DNA of 64,000 bases, taken from contig PSPG01000004.1 in assembly GCA_003193925.1 (NCBI GenBank), forward strand, positions 96,001-160,000. The letters are read 5' to 3'. Of this stretch, positions 38,381 to 48,073 are shown one piece after another. The translations under genes and the position numbers were made by a program. The notes below the pieces were generated by a model that saw only the letters and a list, made by a program, of their open reading frames with translations, ran no database searches and was not told where the DNA came from. This DNA is from Candidatus Thalassarchaeum betae. GTDB taxonomy: Archaea > Thermoplasmatota > Poseidoniia > Poseidoniales > Thalassarchaeaceae. Numbering within the stretch: the first letter of the stretch is position 1; each line of letters begins with the position of its first letter.

Positions 38381-39279
38381 TCCTTCAAGCGCTCGATGAG
38401 TTCGGCCTTGTTGCCGGATACGGGCTTGCCGGCCTCCCTCAGGAGGTCCTTCAGTTGGACCACGGTCATCGATGGGTAGTCGGGAGCATCCTCGGCCGCC
38501 TCGGGCTCCTCGGCAGCCTCCCGCTCGGCTTCGCTCTCTGGCTCATCTTCCTCCTCGCTCGGCTCTTCCGCTTCCTCGTCGAACTCCGAGTCCTCGGACT
38601 CGAAAACAGTTGAGGCCTCGCTCTCGGCCCTCTCCTGCTCGCGAATCTCATCGAGCGTCGGGCCATCCTGGGTTACGACGCCGGCCTGAATCAGTTGGGT
38701 GCGTCGGATCATTACGCCCCTCACCGGCTGAATCTTGGAGACCGTTTCCTTGATCTTGCTCTCCATAGTGCCGTCCAGAGATGCCTTCTGCAGGTCTATC
38801 CAAGTGCTGGTAGCACCAATCTTGAGTATCACGTCACGCGCCAGTGCGCGCATCTCCTGCTTCTGGCTGGCCTTGATGCGGTTCCTCGATATCATTAGTG
38901 GCTTGATTCGCACATAGAAGCCATCGTCGGTGACGACATCGACCGTATCGTCGATCTTGCCCCTGTCGCGTCGGACCTGTCGGCGGATGTGGTCCTTCAG
39001 CATCTCGTGTCCAATGAACTCGGTCAGAGCGTCGTCGCCGACTACAGCAGTGATTCGGAACTGTACCTTCACGTGCATCTTCGAGAAATCGCCGTCGAGC
39101 TCGTACTGCAGGATCTCGTAGTGCCTGCCGATCAGCACCGACTCCTCCTCGGCCATCGTCTCGCCGATTACTTTGAAGAACCAGGGGTTGCGGGGTGCCC
39201 GGATTGTGTACCAGCGCTTGGACTTCCATTTGTCCCGCTGCTTACGTGCCGCCGCCCGTGCTGCTGCTCCCTTCGCCAT
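38377..39279 (-). CDS. rps3ae: 30S ribosomal protein S3Ae (eS1) with acidic linker and C-terminal SAP domain
   Basis: 'RDKWKSKRWYTIRAP', 'RRQVRR...KIDD'; tail 'MTVVQLKDLLREAGKPVSGNKAELIERL'. Confidence 0.95.
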   Translation of the reverse strand: MAKGAAARAAARKQRDKWKSKRWYTIRAPRNPWFFKVIGETMAEEESVLIGRHYEILQYELDGDFSKMHVKVQFRITAVVGDDALTEFIGHEMLKDHIRRQVRRDRGKIDDTVDVVTDDGFYVRIKPLMISRNRIKASQKQEMRALARDVILKIGATSTWIDLQKASLDGTMESKIKETVSKIQPVRGVMIRRTQLIQAGVVTQDGPTLDEIREQERAESEASTVFESEDSEFDEEAEEPSEEEDEPESEAEREAAEEPEAAEDAPDYPSMTVVQLKDLLREAGKPVSGNKAELIERLKE

Positions 39280-39419
39280 GGCAACGACCTCGTCTATCGG
39301 GGGCTACCCCGTTCGCGACCGTGCGACCTACCCCGAGTATTTGAATCAAAGCCCACGTGGGGAGACTTTGACGATGTCGCAATCGTCGGATTCAAAGATG
39401 AGTCTTCCATGCCGGTGGC

Positions 39420-39860
39420 ATGGGACTGCACAGCGCGACCTGGAGGATCCATGCCAGCGCTGTGGACGATCTTGGGCTGCTCGAGGGCAGCCTCAGGTGG
39501 CTGGCCGGGGACGGTTGCGAGCTGACCACGGAGAGGGGGAAGTCGTGGCATGGCTCACCGCAGACCATCATACAGGCCCGAGTCAGTCGGAAGAAGGCTG
39601 CTAGGGAGTCACTGGCGAGGCTGGGCGGGGCTGCGTTGGCGAGTCTTGTCGAAGATGGGCTCGCCAAGCGCATTGACGAAGACAAGGTGATGCACGTCAG
39701 AGTCGAATTGGCGAAGTTGGTTCAGGGGGAAGTCAGGCTCTCGCCCGATGGACACAGCGGGGCTACAGCCAAGGGCCAGTTCAAGATCGAGGCCTATCCG
39801 GGGAGCGATCCGGCGGATGTCATGAACGATACGATACGTTCCCTCCTAAGTGTCGAGTAG
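39420..39860 (+). CDS. Archaeal RNA-binding domain protein (DUF54/COG1325-like)
   Basis: 'SWHGSP', 'RIDEDKVMHVRV', 'KIEAYP'. Confidence 0.75.
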   Translation: MGLHSATWRIHASAVDDLGLLEGSLRWLAGDGCELTTERGKSWHGSPQTIIQARVSRKKAARESLARLGGAALASLVEDGLAKRIDEDKVMHVRVELAKLVQGEVRLSPDGHSGATAKGQFKIEAYPGSDPADVMNDTIRSLLSVE

Positions 39861-39927
39861 GGTCGTAGCGCTTCGTTTCTGAGCAAGTTTATTACTCGGA
39901 TTCACATCGCCAATGACGAGGAGCGGC

Positions 39928-40206
39928 ATGACTCATGTAGTCACCAGCGCATGCGTGCGATGCAAGTACCAAGATTGCGTCGCAGTCTGCCCTGTAGAGT
40001 GCTTCAGGGAGGCCGATGAGTATCTCGTCATCGACCCCGATGAGTGCATCGACTGTGCGGCCTGCATACCCGAATGTCCGGTTGGCGCGATCTACGCCGA
40101 TACCGATCTGCCCGACGAGGAGATGGAGTGGCTGGAGCGCAACGAAATCGAGGCTCCCGACCTGCCCCTCGCGGAGGGCGACTCGCCGGTCCTCGCCGAT
40201 TCGTGA
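39928..40206 (+). CDS. Ferredoxin (Azotobacter FdI-like dicluster type)
   Basis: '[18 protein letters not shown]...[21 protein letters not shown]'. Confidence 0.93.
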   Translation: MTHVVTSACVRCKYQDCVAVCPVECFREADEYLVIDPDECIDCAACIPECPVGAIYADTDLPDEEMEWLERNEIEAPDLPLAEGDSPVLADS

Positions 40207-40270
40207 GCGGCCTGGGACGCGTCTCTCGGGCTGGACATAGGTTCATGAGGACATGCCGGGAGGATGGGAC

Positions 40271-41260
40271 ATGTCTCGGCTCGACCTCGAGAAGATGCGT
40301 CACGGGACGGAGCTGCTCAAACGCGGCCTCGCTAAGATGCAGGAAGGCGGCGTCATCATGGATGTCGTGACGCCCGAGCAGGCGCACATAGCCGAGGACG
40401 CCGCAGCGACTGCGGTGATGGCCCTCGAAAGGGTACCTGCGGACATTCGATCAGATGGAGGAGTGGCCAGGATGAGCCATCCCGACCTGATACGCGGCAT
40501 CATCGACACGACCAGCATCCCAGTGATGGCCAAGGCGCGGATAGGGCACGACGAGGAGGCCCGGGTGCTGCAGGCGCTTGGAGTCGACATGATCGACGAA
40601 AGTGAGGTCCTAACACCTGCTGACCCATTCTACCATATCGCAAAGAACGACTTTACCATCCCCTTCGTATGCGGATGCATCAGCCTCGGTGAGGCGTGCC
40701 GGCGCATCATGGAGGGCGCGGCGATGATTCGGACCAAGGGCGAAGCGGGGACAGGTAACGTGGTCAGCGCTGTGCAGCACGCGCGCGTGGTGGCTGAGGA
40801 GATCAGGCTTCTGCAGAGCGCGAATGATGCCGAGTTCGAGGTCATCGCCCGTACCATCTCGGATGGGTGGCGCCGCATCGAATCGGCTTCCGAGCACAAC
40901 TTGGTGGTTCAGAACACCCCGTTCGGAAGCATGGACGCCTGCCATGACTCGATAGTGGAAATCATGGGCGAGGTGCGGGAGATGAGCAGGCTTCCAGTCG
41001 TTACTTTCTCCGCTGGAGGAATCGCGACACCGGCCGATGCGGCTCTGCTGATGAGACACGGAATGGACGGGGTCTTCGTCGGCTCTGGGATCTTCAAGTC
41101 GGAGCATCCGGCGACAACCGCCTCCGCCATAGTGATGGCGACTCACCACTTCAACGACCCGGAGCGGGTGATGGAGGCCAGCTCCATGATGGCTGGAAAG
41201 GCGATGGATGGGCTCGAACTCGACAAGCTGGACGTCCGCATGGAAGAGCGCGGCTGGTAG
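40271..41260 (+). CDS. pdxS: Pyridoxal 5'-phosphate synthase lyase subunit
   Basis: 'GGVIMDV', '[11 protein letters not shown]', 'RTKGEAGTG', '[12 protein letters not shown]', 'ERGW'. Confidence 0.96.
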   Translation: MSRLDLEKMRHGTELLKRGLAKMQEGGVIMDVVTPEQAHIAEDAAATAVMALERVPADIRSDGGVARMSHPDLIRGIIDTTSIPVMAKARIGHDEEARVLQALGVDMIDESEVLTPADPFYHIAKNDFTIPFVCGCISLGEACRRIMEGAAMIRTKGEAGTGNVVSAVQHARVVAEEIRLLQSANDAEFEVIARTISDGWRRIESASEHNLVVQNTPFGSMDACHDSIVEIMGEVREMSRLPVVTFSAGGIATPADAALLMRHGMDGVFVGSGIFKSEHPATTASAIVMATHHFNDPERVMEASSMMAGKAMDGLELDKLDVRMEERGW

Positions 41261-41261
41261 C

Positions 41262-42248
41262 CTAGCTCTTGTTGCCCCTAGTCGTCCCGAGTCGTCGTGA
41301 CTTCTTCTTCGCCTTGCTCAAGCGTCGAGAGGAGGACCTGTCCTCCTTCCTAGCCCCGCCGAGAGTAATCGAGCCCTGCTCAAGGAGCTGGTCGGCCAGC
41401 GAGTTTGCGAGCTCCTCGTCCTCGTCAGGAGTCTTCAAGGCGTCTCTGACCGACTGGTTGTGCTCCCTGATGATGCGTTCCTGCTCCTCGTGCTGGGCCT
41501 TGATCTCGTTGCGGATCTCATTGACCTGGTCGAGCAGGACCTTCATGTCCGAGTGAACCTTGTCCGCAGCCTCTCGGGAGGCCACGAAGGCGTTGTGGAG
41601 CCTGTCGCCCTCGGCTCGGAGGAAGTCCCTCTCCTCCAGCATGGGCTTGACCTCCTCCCATATCTCATCCGCCTCCACATTGGCTTCCAACATGGCCTTG
41701 TGCTGGGCGTCGGCCTCGGCCTTCAGGAGCTGGATTGAGCCTTCCATATCGCCGAGGTCGATTTCGATGACCTGAAACTCCTCTGCTATCGGCATGAGCT
41801 CCTCGCGCTTGGCTATGAGCGCCTTGAGACGCTTGAGCATGGCGTTCTCCTTGCTGAGCGACAGGGAACCGTCGGTCATTATACGGTTCTCGATGCGGTC
41901 GATCTCCCCTATCGTCTCAGACAGTTGGATGACGATGGGTTTCGTACCACCTTCGCCCCTCTTTCCGCGCCGCTGGGTAATCAGTTCGCGCATCTGAGAC
42001 TGGATCTCGTCTCGCTTCGCCTGATGAATCTTGGCCCTGTTCCTGACCTCCTTCTGATCCTCCATGCGCTCCTTGATTCGCTCCCTCAACTCACGCGCCT
42101 GCTCTTGGACTGAATTACGGGAATCGGCTGCGCGTCGGCCGTTCTCGTTGTGCCTGTTCCTCTGCTCCCGCATCCTCCTGAGTCGAGTCTCCATCGCATG
42201 GAGTCGGGTCCTGAGTTCATCCTCAGGCTTGTCTGTTTCTCCTAGCAC
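41262..42248 (-). CDS. Archaeal coiled-coil protein (COG1340-like), paralogue A
   Basis: Long coiled coil, hinge 'IDRIENRIMTDGSLSLSKEN', repeated A-D/E-x-x-H motifs. Confidence 0.8.
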   Translation of the reverse strand: MLGETDKPEDELRTRLHAMETRLRRMREQRNRHNENGRRAADSRNSVQEQARELRERIKERMEDQKEVRNRAKIHQAKRDEIQSQMRELITQRRGKRGEGGTKPIVIQLSETIGEIDRIENRIMTDGSLSLSKENAMLKRLKALIAKREELMPIAEEFQVIEIDLGDMEGSIQLLKAEADAQHKAMLEANVEADEIWEEVKPMLEERDFLRAEGDRLHNAFVASREAADKVHSDMKVLLDQVNEIRNEIKAQHEEQERIIREHNQSVRDALKTPDEDEELANSLADQLLEQGSITLGGARKEDRSSSRRLSKAKKKSRRLGTTRGNKS

Positions 42249-42290
42249 GGCACGACCACACTGGCCTCCCCTTTCAATAGACCTGAGTCG

Positions 42291-43865
42291 TTACAGACCC
42301 AGCAGTGTGAGCGTGAAGGGTACGAGGGGGGATAGTACCACTATCGCCGCCCCAACCATGAACAGGGCCCCCAATGTCATCCTGATTCGGGTGAACAGGT
42401 CAGACCTGACTTGGACTGTGAGGACCCTCCCGGAAATCAGGTTTCCAGCCTTGTCCTCAAGCCTAACGGTGACCGTCGCCTCGCCCATGGTCGAGGGCAG
42501 GAGGCTCTGCCAGACTATCCTCGTAGCAGACAGCGCGTTAGGCAGGGACGCGCTGAGTGGGATTGGCATGAGTGATTCCGATTCCGGAGAGTATGGGTCC
42601 ACCTTCAGGCGGTAGACGCATTCCTGGGGCCTGAAGTCGGGCGTCTGTACCCTCAGGACCAGATTCTTCGACTCATGGCCCTCGTTGAGCACGAAGGCGA
42701 ACAGGTTGGCCTGACCTACTACCAGATTCTCCATGCCCACATCGAACCACACACCGTCGTCAGTGCGCCCGGACTGCCTGCGCATGCGCATCCTGTCGTG
42801 GAGCCTGAAGAAGGGAGCGCACTTGGTGCGCGCGCGAGAGAGTAGCCTGTCCCAAGTCTCCTCCCCCAACTCGGGATGGCGGAACAGTCCCTCGACTGTC
42901 GCCGAGTCGACCATCGGCTCCAGCGCCGTTCTGAACTCGTCCTCGTCAATCAGAGAAGAGCGTCTTAGATACAGCATGTGCAGCAGCATCTCCTGGAGCT
43001 CGCGCCTGCTGCTACCCCGGTGTATCTTGGACTCGACAGAGCGAAGGTACTCGGATATCCTGACAGCGAGCAGGGGGTCTATGTGAGCGCGAATCACATC
43101 AGTGAAGGGACGGCTCAGCAGAGCTGGGTGGATTGGGGGGGAGAAGGCCTCCAGCATGCCCCAGGGCTCAGCGGTGTTGAAGCGCGAGCGCTCGGAGACC
43201 ATGTGGACTCCGTGGCCGGACAGCAGTGCACCGGTGGAGAACGCGAAGAGGAAGGGCGCGTCTGCGACCTCCTCGGAGAACCACAGGCTGCTTGCAAGCA
43301 GGACGGCCGCGAGAACCATCAGGGTAATCGTGATCACGAGTTGTCGCGTGGCACCGTCCATGGTAGCCCTCATCTCGGTGTAACCGTGAGCGCTGTTGAA
43401 AGTCAGGCCCGCAGTGGTCAGCGCCTCTGCCTCGAGCCGAAAAATCGTCCTAGTGACCACCATCAGCCTCAGCAGGATGAGCAGCAAGGTGATGTCAGCG
43501 ACAAGCATGAGCAGCGACATGACGTAGATTCCCGTCGACATCGGCAGGCCGCCAGCGGCACCCTCGACATGATCGGCCCACCACTGCGGGTTCGAGTTGC
43601 TGAAAGACTGTGCCAGTCCGTAAAGCACGATTACCAGCAACGGCAAGTACAACACCAGTCTAGCACCGTCGCTTATCAGGAGCCTGTCAACCCTGATCAG
43701 CGTGAGCTCCTGGCCCCTGAGCCTCTCAATCCTCTCGCCTGTCTCCCCCGACTGAGTCGCTTGGGAGATTGGAGAAGGTGGCATATCGGGAGCGGGTGGG
43801 ACTGATTCATCCAAAGCATCGGCGAGGCTATCCAAATCGTTAGCATCGCCGTCGTCATCCACCAT
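42291..43865 (-). CDS. Hypothetical multi-pass membrane protein with large soluble domain
   Basis: About 4 N-terminal TMs, soluble region with a beta-rich part, C-terminal TM. Confidence 0.8.
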   Translation of the reverse strand: MVDDDGDANDLDSLADALDESVPPAPDMPPSPISQATQSGETGERIERLRGQELTLIRVDRLLISDGARLVLYLPLLVIVLYGLAQSFSNSNPQWWADHVEGAAGGLPMSTGIYVMSLLMLVADITLLLILLRLMVVTRTIFRLEAEALTTAGLTFNSAHGYTEMRATMDGATRQLVITITLMVLAAVLLASSLWFSEEVADAPFLFAFSTGALLSGHGVHMVSERSRFNTAEPWGMLEAFSPPIHPALLSRPFTDVIRAHIDPLLAVRISEYLRSVESKIHRGSSRRELQEMLLHMLYLRRSSLIDEDEFRTALEPMVDSATVEGLFRHPELGEETWDRLLSRARTKCAPFFRLHDRMRMRRQSGRTDDGVWFDVGMENLVVGQANLFAFVLNEGHESKNLVLRVQTPDFRPQECVYRLKVDPYSPESESLMPIPLSASLPNALSATRIVWQSLLPSTMGEATVTVRLEDKAGNLISGRVLTVQVRSDLFTRIRMTLGALFMVGAAIVVLSPLVPFTLTLLGL

Positions 43866-43867
43866 GG

Positions 43868-44521
43868 TCACACCTCCTCGGTCCTGGCCAGTATGCGCAG
43901 TGACAGTGGTTTGGACATCTGCAATCGATAGCCGCCACAGAATAACCCGTCCTCAGTAGATTGCACCTTGGTGCCGATGCCGAGACCGGCTACCTCCAGT
44001 GTGCGCGCGTCGGTGGCGTCCATGACAATCAACTCGACAGTTGCCGAGGAGCCCGACGGCAATGCCGAGATAGGCAGGAGGAATCCGCTCCTGATAGGCT
44101 CCACCCTCCTCTCTATCAGCGGGATCCTCTCACCACTGGGGGTACTCTCGGGATAGCCGAGCATCCTATCGAGTGCTGCCTCGAGCTCATCGTCTATGCC
44201 GTGCTCCAACCTGCATGCGGCCTCAGAGACGTCACCGGTGAACCCTATGACCTCGGTGAGTAGTATCTCTATCAGCCCCTCTCGGCGTTTTATCCTAGCA
44301 GCTCGCTGGAATCCCTCCGGCGTCAGGCGGCATCCCTTGTATGGGATGTGGGTGACTAGGTCGCGGCCCGCCAGACGCTGGATCATCTCTGAGGTGGATG
44401 CGGGGCTCACATCCATCATCTCAGCGAGCTGGGTCGTCTTGACAATGGCGTCAGGCTTGTCGACATGTGCCTCGAAGAGGCGCTTGAGGTACATCTCCTC
44501 GAACTCGCTCAACTCAGCCAT
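43868..44521 (-). CDS. DtxR/MntR family metal-dependent transcriptional regulator
   Basis: 'EMYLK', 'VSPAS.SEMIQRL', 'PYKG..LT..G', 'ACRLEH', FeoA-like C-terminus. Confidence 0.92.
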   Translation of the reverse strand: MAELSEFEEMYLKRLFEAHVDKPDAIVKTTQLAEMMDVSPASTSEMIQRLAGRDLVTHIPYKGCRLTPEGFQRAARIKRREGLIEILLTEVIGFTGDVSEAACRLEHGIDDELEAALDRMLGYPESTPSGERIPLIERRVEPIRSGFLLPISALPSGSSATVELIVMDATDARTLEVAGLGIGTKVQSTEDGLFCGGYRLQMSKPLSLRILARTEEV

Positions 44522-44532
44522 AATTCACCACG

Positions 44533-46083
44533 TCACCCCACCTCGGCCATGAATTCGGTCCTGCATGCCGGGCATCTGGAGCGGACGGGTCTGCGCTCCA
44601 GCGGAACCCGCAGCTTCTGGTCGCACTCCGGGCAAGATAGAATCTCCTCATTGGATGTTGCTACTGGCCACCAAGGAGCAGGCTCGGGCTCCGCTGTGCC
44701 CCCCTCAGAAGGCCCTTGACCCTGCGGACGGGGCTCAGTAGGGGACTGGACTGCCGGTTCCTCCTGAGCGGGCCGGGCGGAGAATTGCGACATGCAGGCA
44801 GGGCAGCGGACCGTCCCGGTGTGCTCGGAGGGAATGTTCAGGCGCTGCTCGCAGTTCGGGCACTGTATCTCTCGCTTCGCGGGCGCCTTCTCGAACCTGC
44901 GAGTGATTCTTGAGTCCCTGAGCACCTTTCCTCTACCTTCCTCGGTGCCAGGTGTCCTCTCCGATACGGTCCGCCAAGCGATGATGCCGACCAGCACTAC
45001 CGCGAAGCCCGACAGGGCTCCGTAGAAAGCCGCCATGAGATCGAATGGTAGTTCAGTCCCCCCACCGGAATCGGTGGACTCGACCGACAGGAACTCTGAG
45101 ACTACGGTGCCTTCCATGAACCAAGTGACCTCGAGCTCCACGATCTGCGAATCCGGCCACGGGCTGATATCCATAGTGCCCGACGACGTCCCCCCCGAGG
45201 AGACGGAAGACACGATCCTCTCAGCCAGCAGCATGCCGTCAGAGGTTCGGACAACCCTGAGTTCCCCCGATAGTGTAACGGCATCCCCGGAGTTGTTCAG
45301 CCAGTATGGCAGGCTCACTGAGTCACCGGGACTTGGTTTGTTAGGTGAGTGCGGGCCGAGTTCGACGGAGGGGGATATCGAAGGTGCATCCAAGTCGACC
45401 TGCCAAGTCAGGTTGACGGCCGAGTTGCTGGTCGTCCATCCTCGTGGCTCAAGGGTCACAGAGAGGTAATCTGCTTCCGGTTCCCCCAAGGCAAGTGACA
45501 ATGTCCTGAGGCCAGGCTCGAGAGTGACTGAGAACCCCTGCACCTCATGCTTGACTCCTTGGTAACCCAAGGCGATGGAGATGTTGACGTCTCTGGACTC
45601 CCCTTCGGACAGCACCACTGAAATCTGCGAATCCAGGCCATCGGCCAAGGTCCAATCGACCTCGTCGAAACTCAGGTCCAGAGACTGAGCCTCGTAGACA
45701 TGGATCTCCAGAGAGCCTTGAAGCAGCGAAGAGACTCCTCCATCGTCGCTCCCGACCTCCCAACTCATGTTCAGAACTCCGGCCGAGCTGGGAGTCATTG
45801 AGGCTGAGACCTCACGGCTCGAGCCGGGGTTGATAGCCACGTCGTCGCCGATAGAGAGATTGGTTCCCTCAGAATCGGTAAGTACCAATCTTACCGAACC
45901 GGTCTCCGAACCTTGGTTGTGAACCAGGATAGACGCTGTGATTTCGTCGCCGACATGCACTGGCTCCCCGACTACCGCCACATCAGCCGCGCCTGCGGAA
46001 GTGAACATCTTCTCATTGTCCTCGGCGAAGGCTGCCGGGGACAGAAGGGCCGATGCAAGCATGATAACCGCGATTTTTCGCAT
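44533..46083 (-). CDS. Secreted Ig/CARDB-like protein with TM and two cytoplasmic Zn ribbons
   Basis: Signal peptide, CARDB-like 'VHNQGS', TM, 'CPNC..CPAC' and 'CPEC..CPAC'. Confidence 0.8.
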   Translation of the reverse strand: MRKIAVIMLASALLSPAAFAEDNEKMFTSAGAADVAVVGEPVHVGDEITASILVHNQGSETGSVRLVLTDSEGTNLSIGDDVAINPGSSREVSASMTPSSAGVLNMSWEVGSDDGGVSSLLQGSLEIHVYEAQSLDLSFDEVDWTLADGLDSQISVVLSEGESRDVNISIALGYQGVKHEVQGFSVTLEPGLRTLSLALGEPEADYLSVTLEPRGWTTSNSAVNLTWQVDLDAPSISPSVELGPHSPNKPSPGDSVSLPYWLNNSGDAVTLSGELRVVRTSDGMLLAERIVSSVSSGGTSSGTMDISPWPDSQIVELEVTWFMEGTVVSEFLSVESTDSGGGTELPFDLMAAFYGALSGFAVVLVGIIAWRTVSERTPGTEEGRGKVLRDSRITRRFEKAPAKREIQCPNCEQRLNIPSEHTGTVRCPACMSQFSARPAQEEPAVQSPTEPRPQGQGPSEGGTAEPEPAPWWPVATSNEEILSCPECDQKLRVPLERRPVRSRCPACRTEFMAEVG

Positions 46084-46203
46084 TACTGCCACAGCAGCGC
46101 CTAGGCCCATTGGCAATGCCTCGGAATAGGTGCCCGTATGAATCAAACGCCTGGCAAGGTCACATAGTGACCTTTAATGCGGGCTCTCTCGTGCCCCGGA
46201 GCC

Positions 46204-47034
46204 ATGGATACCGAGGCACTGCTGGCAGTGACGCCAGAGGAGTTGGCGCAAGCACTGCTGGTGAGGAGGCAGGTTCTGAAGGAGCAGTTGCCTAACGTCA
46301 TCCGCAACCTCGAGGCTGAGGAGGACTCAATGCAGCCGCGAGTACAGAGGGCAGTCAATTCCCACCGTACGGCCAATGACAAGGTAGCCCAGCTCAAGGA
46401 GCGGCGCAACGCGGCTCAGAAGAGGGCCGGAGCGACCCTGCGCGATGTCAAGCAGGCCCGTGACAGCCTAGCCGATAGCGATGGGATGGTCAACCTCGAT
46501 CCCAACTGGAAGAAGGAGAAGCTGTTCGAGGAACTGGAGGAGATCGAGGATGTGATTCAGACCTCGGCCCTCGACCATCGTGCGGAGAGGAAGATGCTCG
46601 ACCGTCGCAAGAGGTTGCTCGAAGCCAATGAGAGATGGCTGAAGTCCAGGCGCGATTCCAATCCCGAGATGGCGAACTACATTGACACCCGAGGAGAGAT
46701 GAGTTCCCTCTACAGAGAGGCGGACAAGGCCCACCGAGAGATGCTGGTGATAGTTGAGAAGGCTCAGCCGCTGCATGAGAAGAAGCTGGTCATGGGGGCT
46801 GAACTGCGTGAGCTCCGCAGGCAGTTGGATCGAGCCAAGGAGCTCTTTGCCAAGTCTGACTCGGCGATTGCTCACTGGGAGAGGAGGATCTCTGACGGAT
46901 TCGATGGACTCGGTGGGGGGTTTCCCGATCTGTTGGCTGCGAACCGCAGGGTCTCCGAAGGCGGTCGCTCCTCGTTCGCTCGGAAGTCCAAGGCTAGATC
47001 CAAAGGCGCTTCAAATAGGAGTGAGGAGGAATGA
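46204..47034 (+). CDS. Archaeal coiled-coil protein (COG1340-like), paralogue B
   Basis: 'LEEIEDVIQTSALDHRAERKML', 'EADKAH', 'AQPLHE'. Confidence 0.8.
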   Translation: MDTEALLAVTPEELAQALLVRRQVLKEQLPNVIRNLEAEEDSMQPRVQRAVNSHRTANDKVAQLKERRNAAQKRAGATLRDVKQARDSLADSDGMVNLDPNWKKEKLFEELEEIEDVIQTSALDHRAERKMLDRRKRLLEANERWLKSRRDSNPEMANYIDTRGEMSSLYREADKAHREMLVIVEKAQPLHEKKLVMGAELRELRRQLDRAKELFAKSDSAIAHWERRISDGFDGLGGGFPDLLAANRRVSEGGRSSFARKSKARSKGASNRSEEE

Positions 47035-48005
47035 GCGAAGGCAAGGACTCGGGCCTATTCGAGGATCTGGAGGCGATGGATCACAAGGACATCGAAGAAC
47101 TCAGGGGAGATCTGGAGAGAGACCTGAGGTCCGTCGATCAGCAGCACAGGGAACTGAGGGACGAGAGGCGAAACCAAGTCGACATCGTCCGCTCGATGAG
47201 ATCTGCTGTAGGGGAGATCGAGTCCGCCGACGGAGAGAGGAAGGGTCTTCTCAAGAAATTCCACGCTACCAGGAAGTCCGCCGACGAAGCTCGCAAGCAA
47301 AGGGACTCCGTCAACAACTGCATCCCCCCTCCCGCTGATGTCCTGTCCGAGTGGCTGGCAGAGACCCATCGTCGACTGATTACCATCGACAACGACCTTA
47401 CCTGCGTGCCGACCCTTGCCCGAGAACTCGATACCTTCAGTCGCTTCTTCGAGCTTCAGGCCGCCATCGTCAGGAAGAGGGAGTCCGAGGTCGCGCACGG
47501 GAAATACGTGAAGCATGTCCAGGACATGAGGGCGATAACCTCGAGGCTAGACGCCACTCGCAAGACCAAGAAGGACAGTGCGGAGAACGCGTCGGCGAAG
47601 TCGGACATAGAGCCCGGAAAAATCTCTCGCTCGGAAGTTCGTAAGACTAGTCGGGGAATCGACAAGATAGACAAGAAACTCGATGTCCTCAGTTCCGAGC
47701 GCAAGTCCCTGCGCAAGAGCCTGGGACGAATCAAAGCCTATCAGAAAGTCACTATGCGAGGCGGTCGGCATATTCGCCTGTCCGATGTCAAGGACCGGGC
47801 CCAGAGCGGAGGCTCGCTCGATGCGAGTGAGCTTGAGGTCCTGCTGAATTCGGGAGCACTGTCCGAATTGGCCGGTTCGGAGCCCGCCAAGGAGTCCAAG
47901 CCGAAGACCCGACAAGGTGGCAAGAAGAAGCGCATGAGGCTGGGTGTGACCAGAGGCGGCTCGAGGAAGGGGACTATGGCTGCTCGCAGGGAGAATGACG
48001 GCTGA
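47031..48005 (+). CDS. Archaeal coiled-coil protein (COG1340-like), paralogue C
   Basis: Coiled coil, 'SGGSLDASEL', basic tail 'KKKRMRLGVTRG'; ATGA overlap with B. Confidence 0.75.
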   Translation: MSEGKDSGLFEDLEAMDHKDIEELRGDLERDLRSVDQQHRELRDERRNQVDIVRSMRSAVGEIESADGERKGLLKKFHATRKSADEARKQRDSVNNCIPPPADVLSEWLAETHRRLITIDNDLTCVPTLARELDTFSRFFELQAAIVRKRESEVAHGKYVKHVQDMRAITSRLDATRKTKKDSAENASAKSDIEPGKISRSEVRKTSRGIDKIDKKLDVLSSERKSLRKSLGRIKAYQKVTMRGGRHIRLSDVKDRAQSGGSLDASELEVLLNSGALSELAGSEPAKESKPKTRQGGKKKRMRLGVTRGGSRKGTMAARRENDG

Positions 48006-48073
48006 GCAGATTCTTTGGCTTCCGCCACTCCTAAATGGGGGTCCAAGTTCCGAAAATGCGCAGAGGCTTTTAG

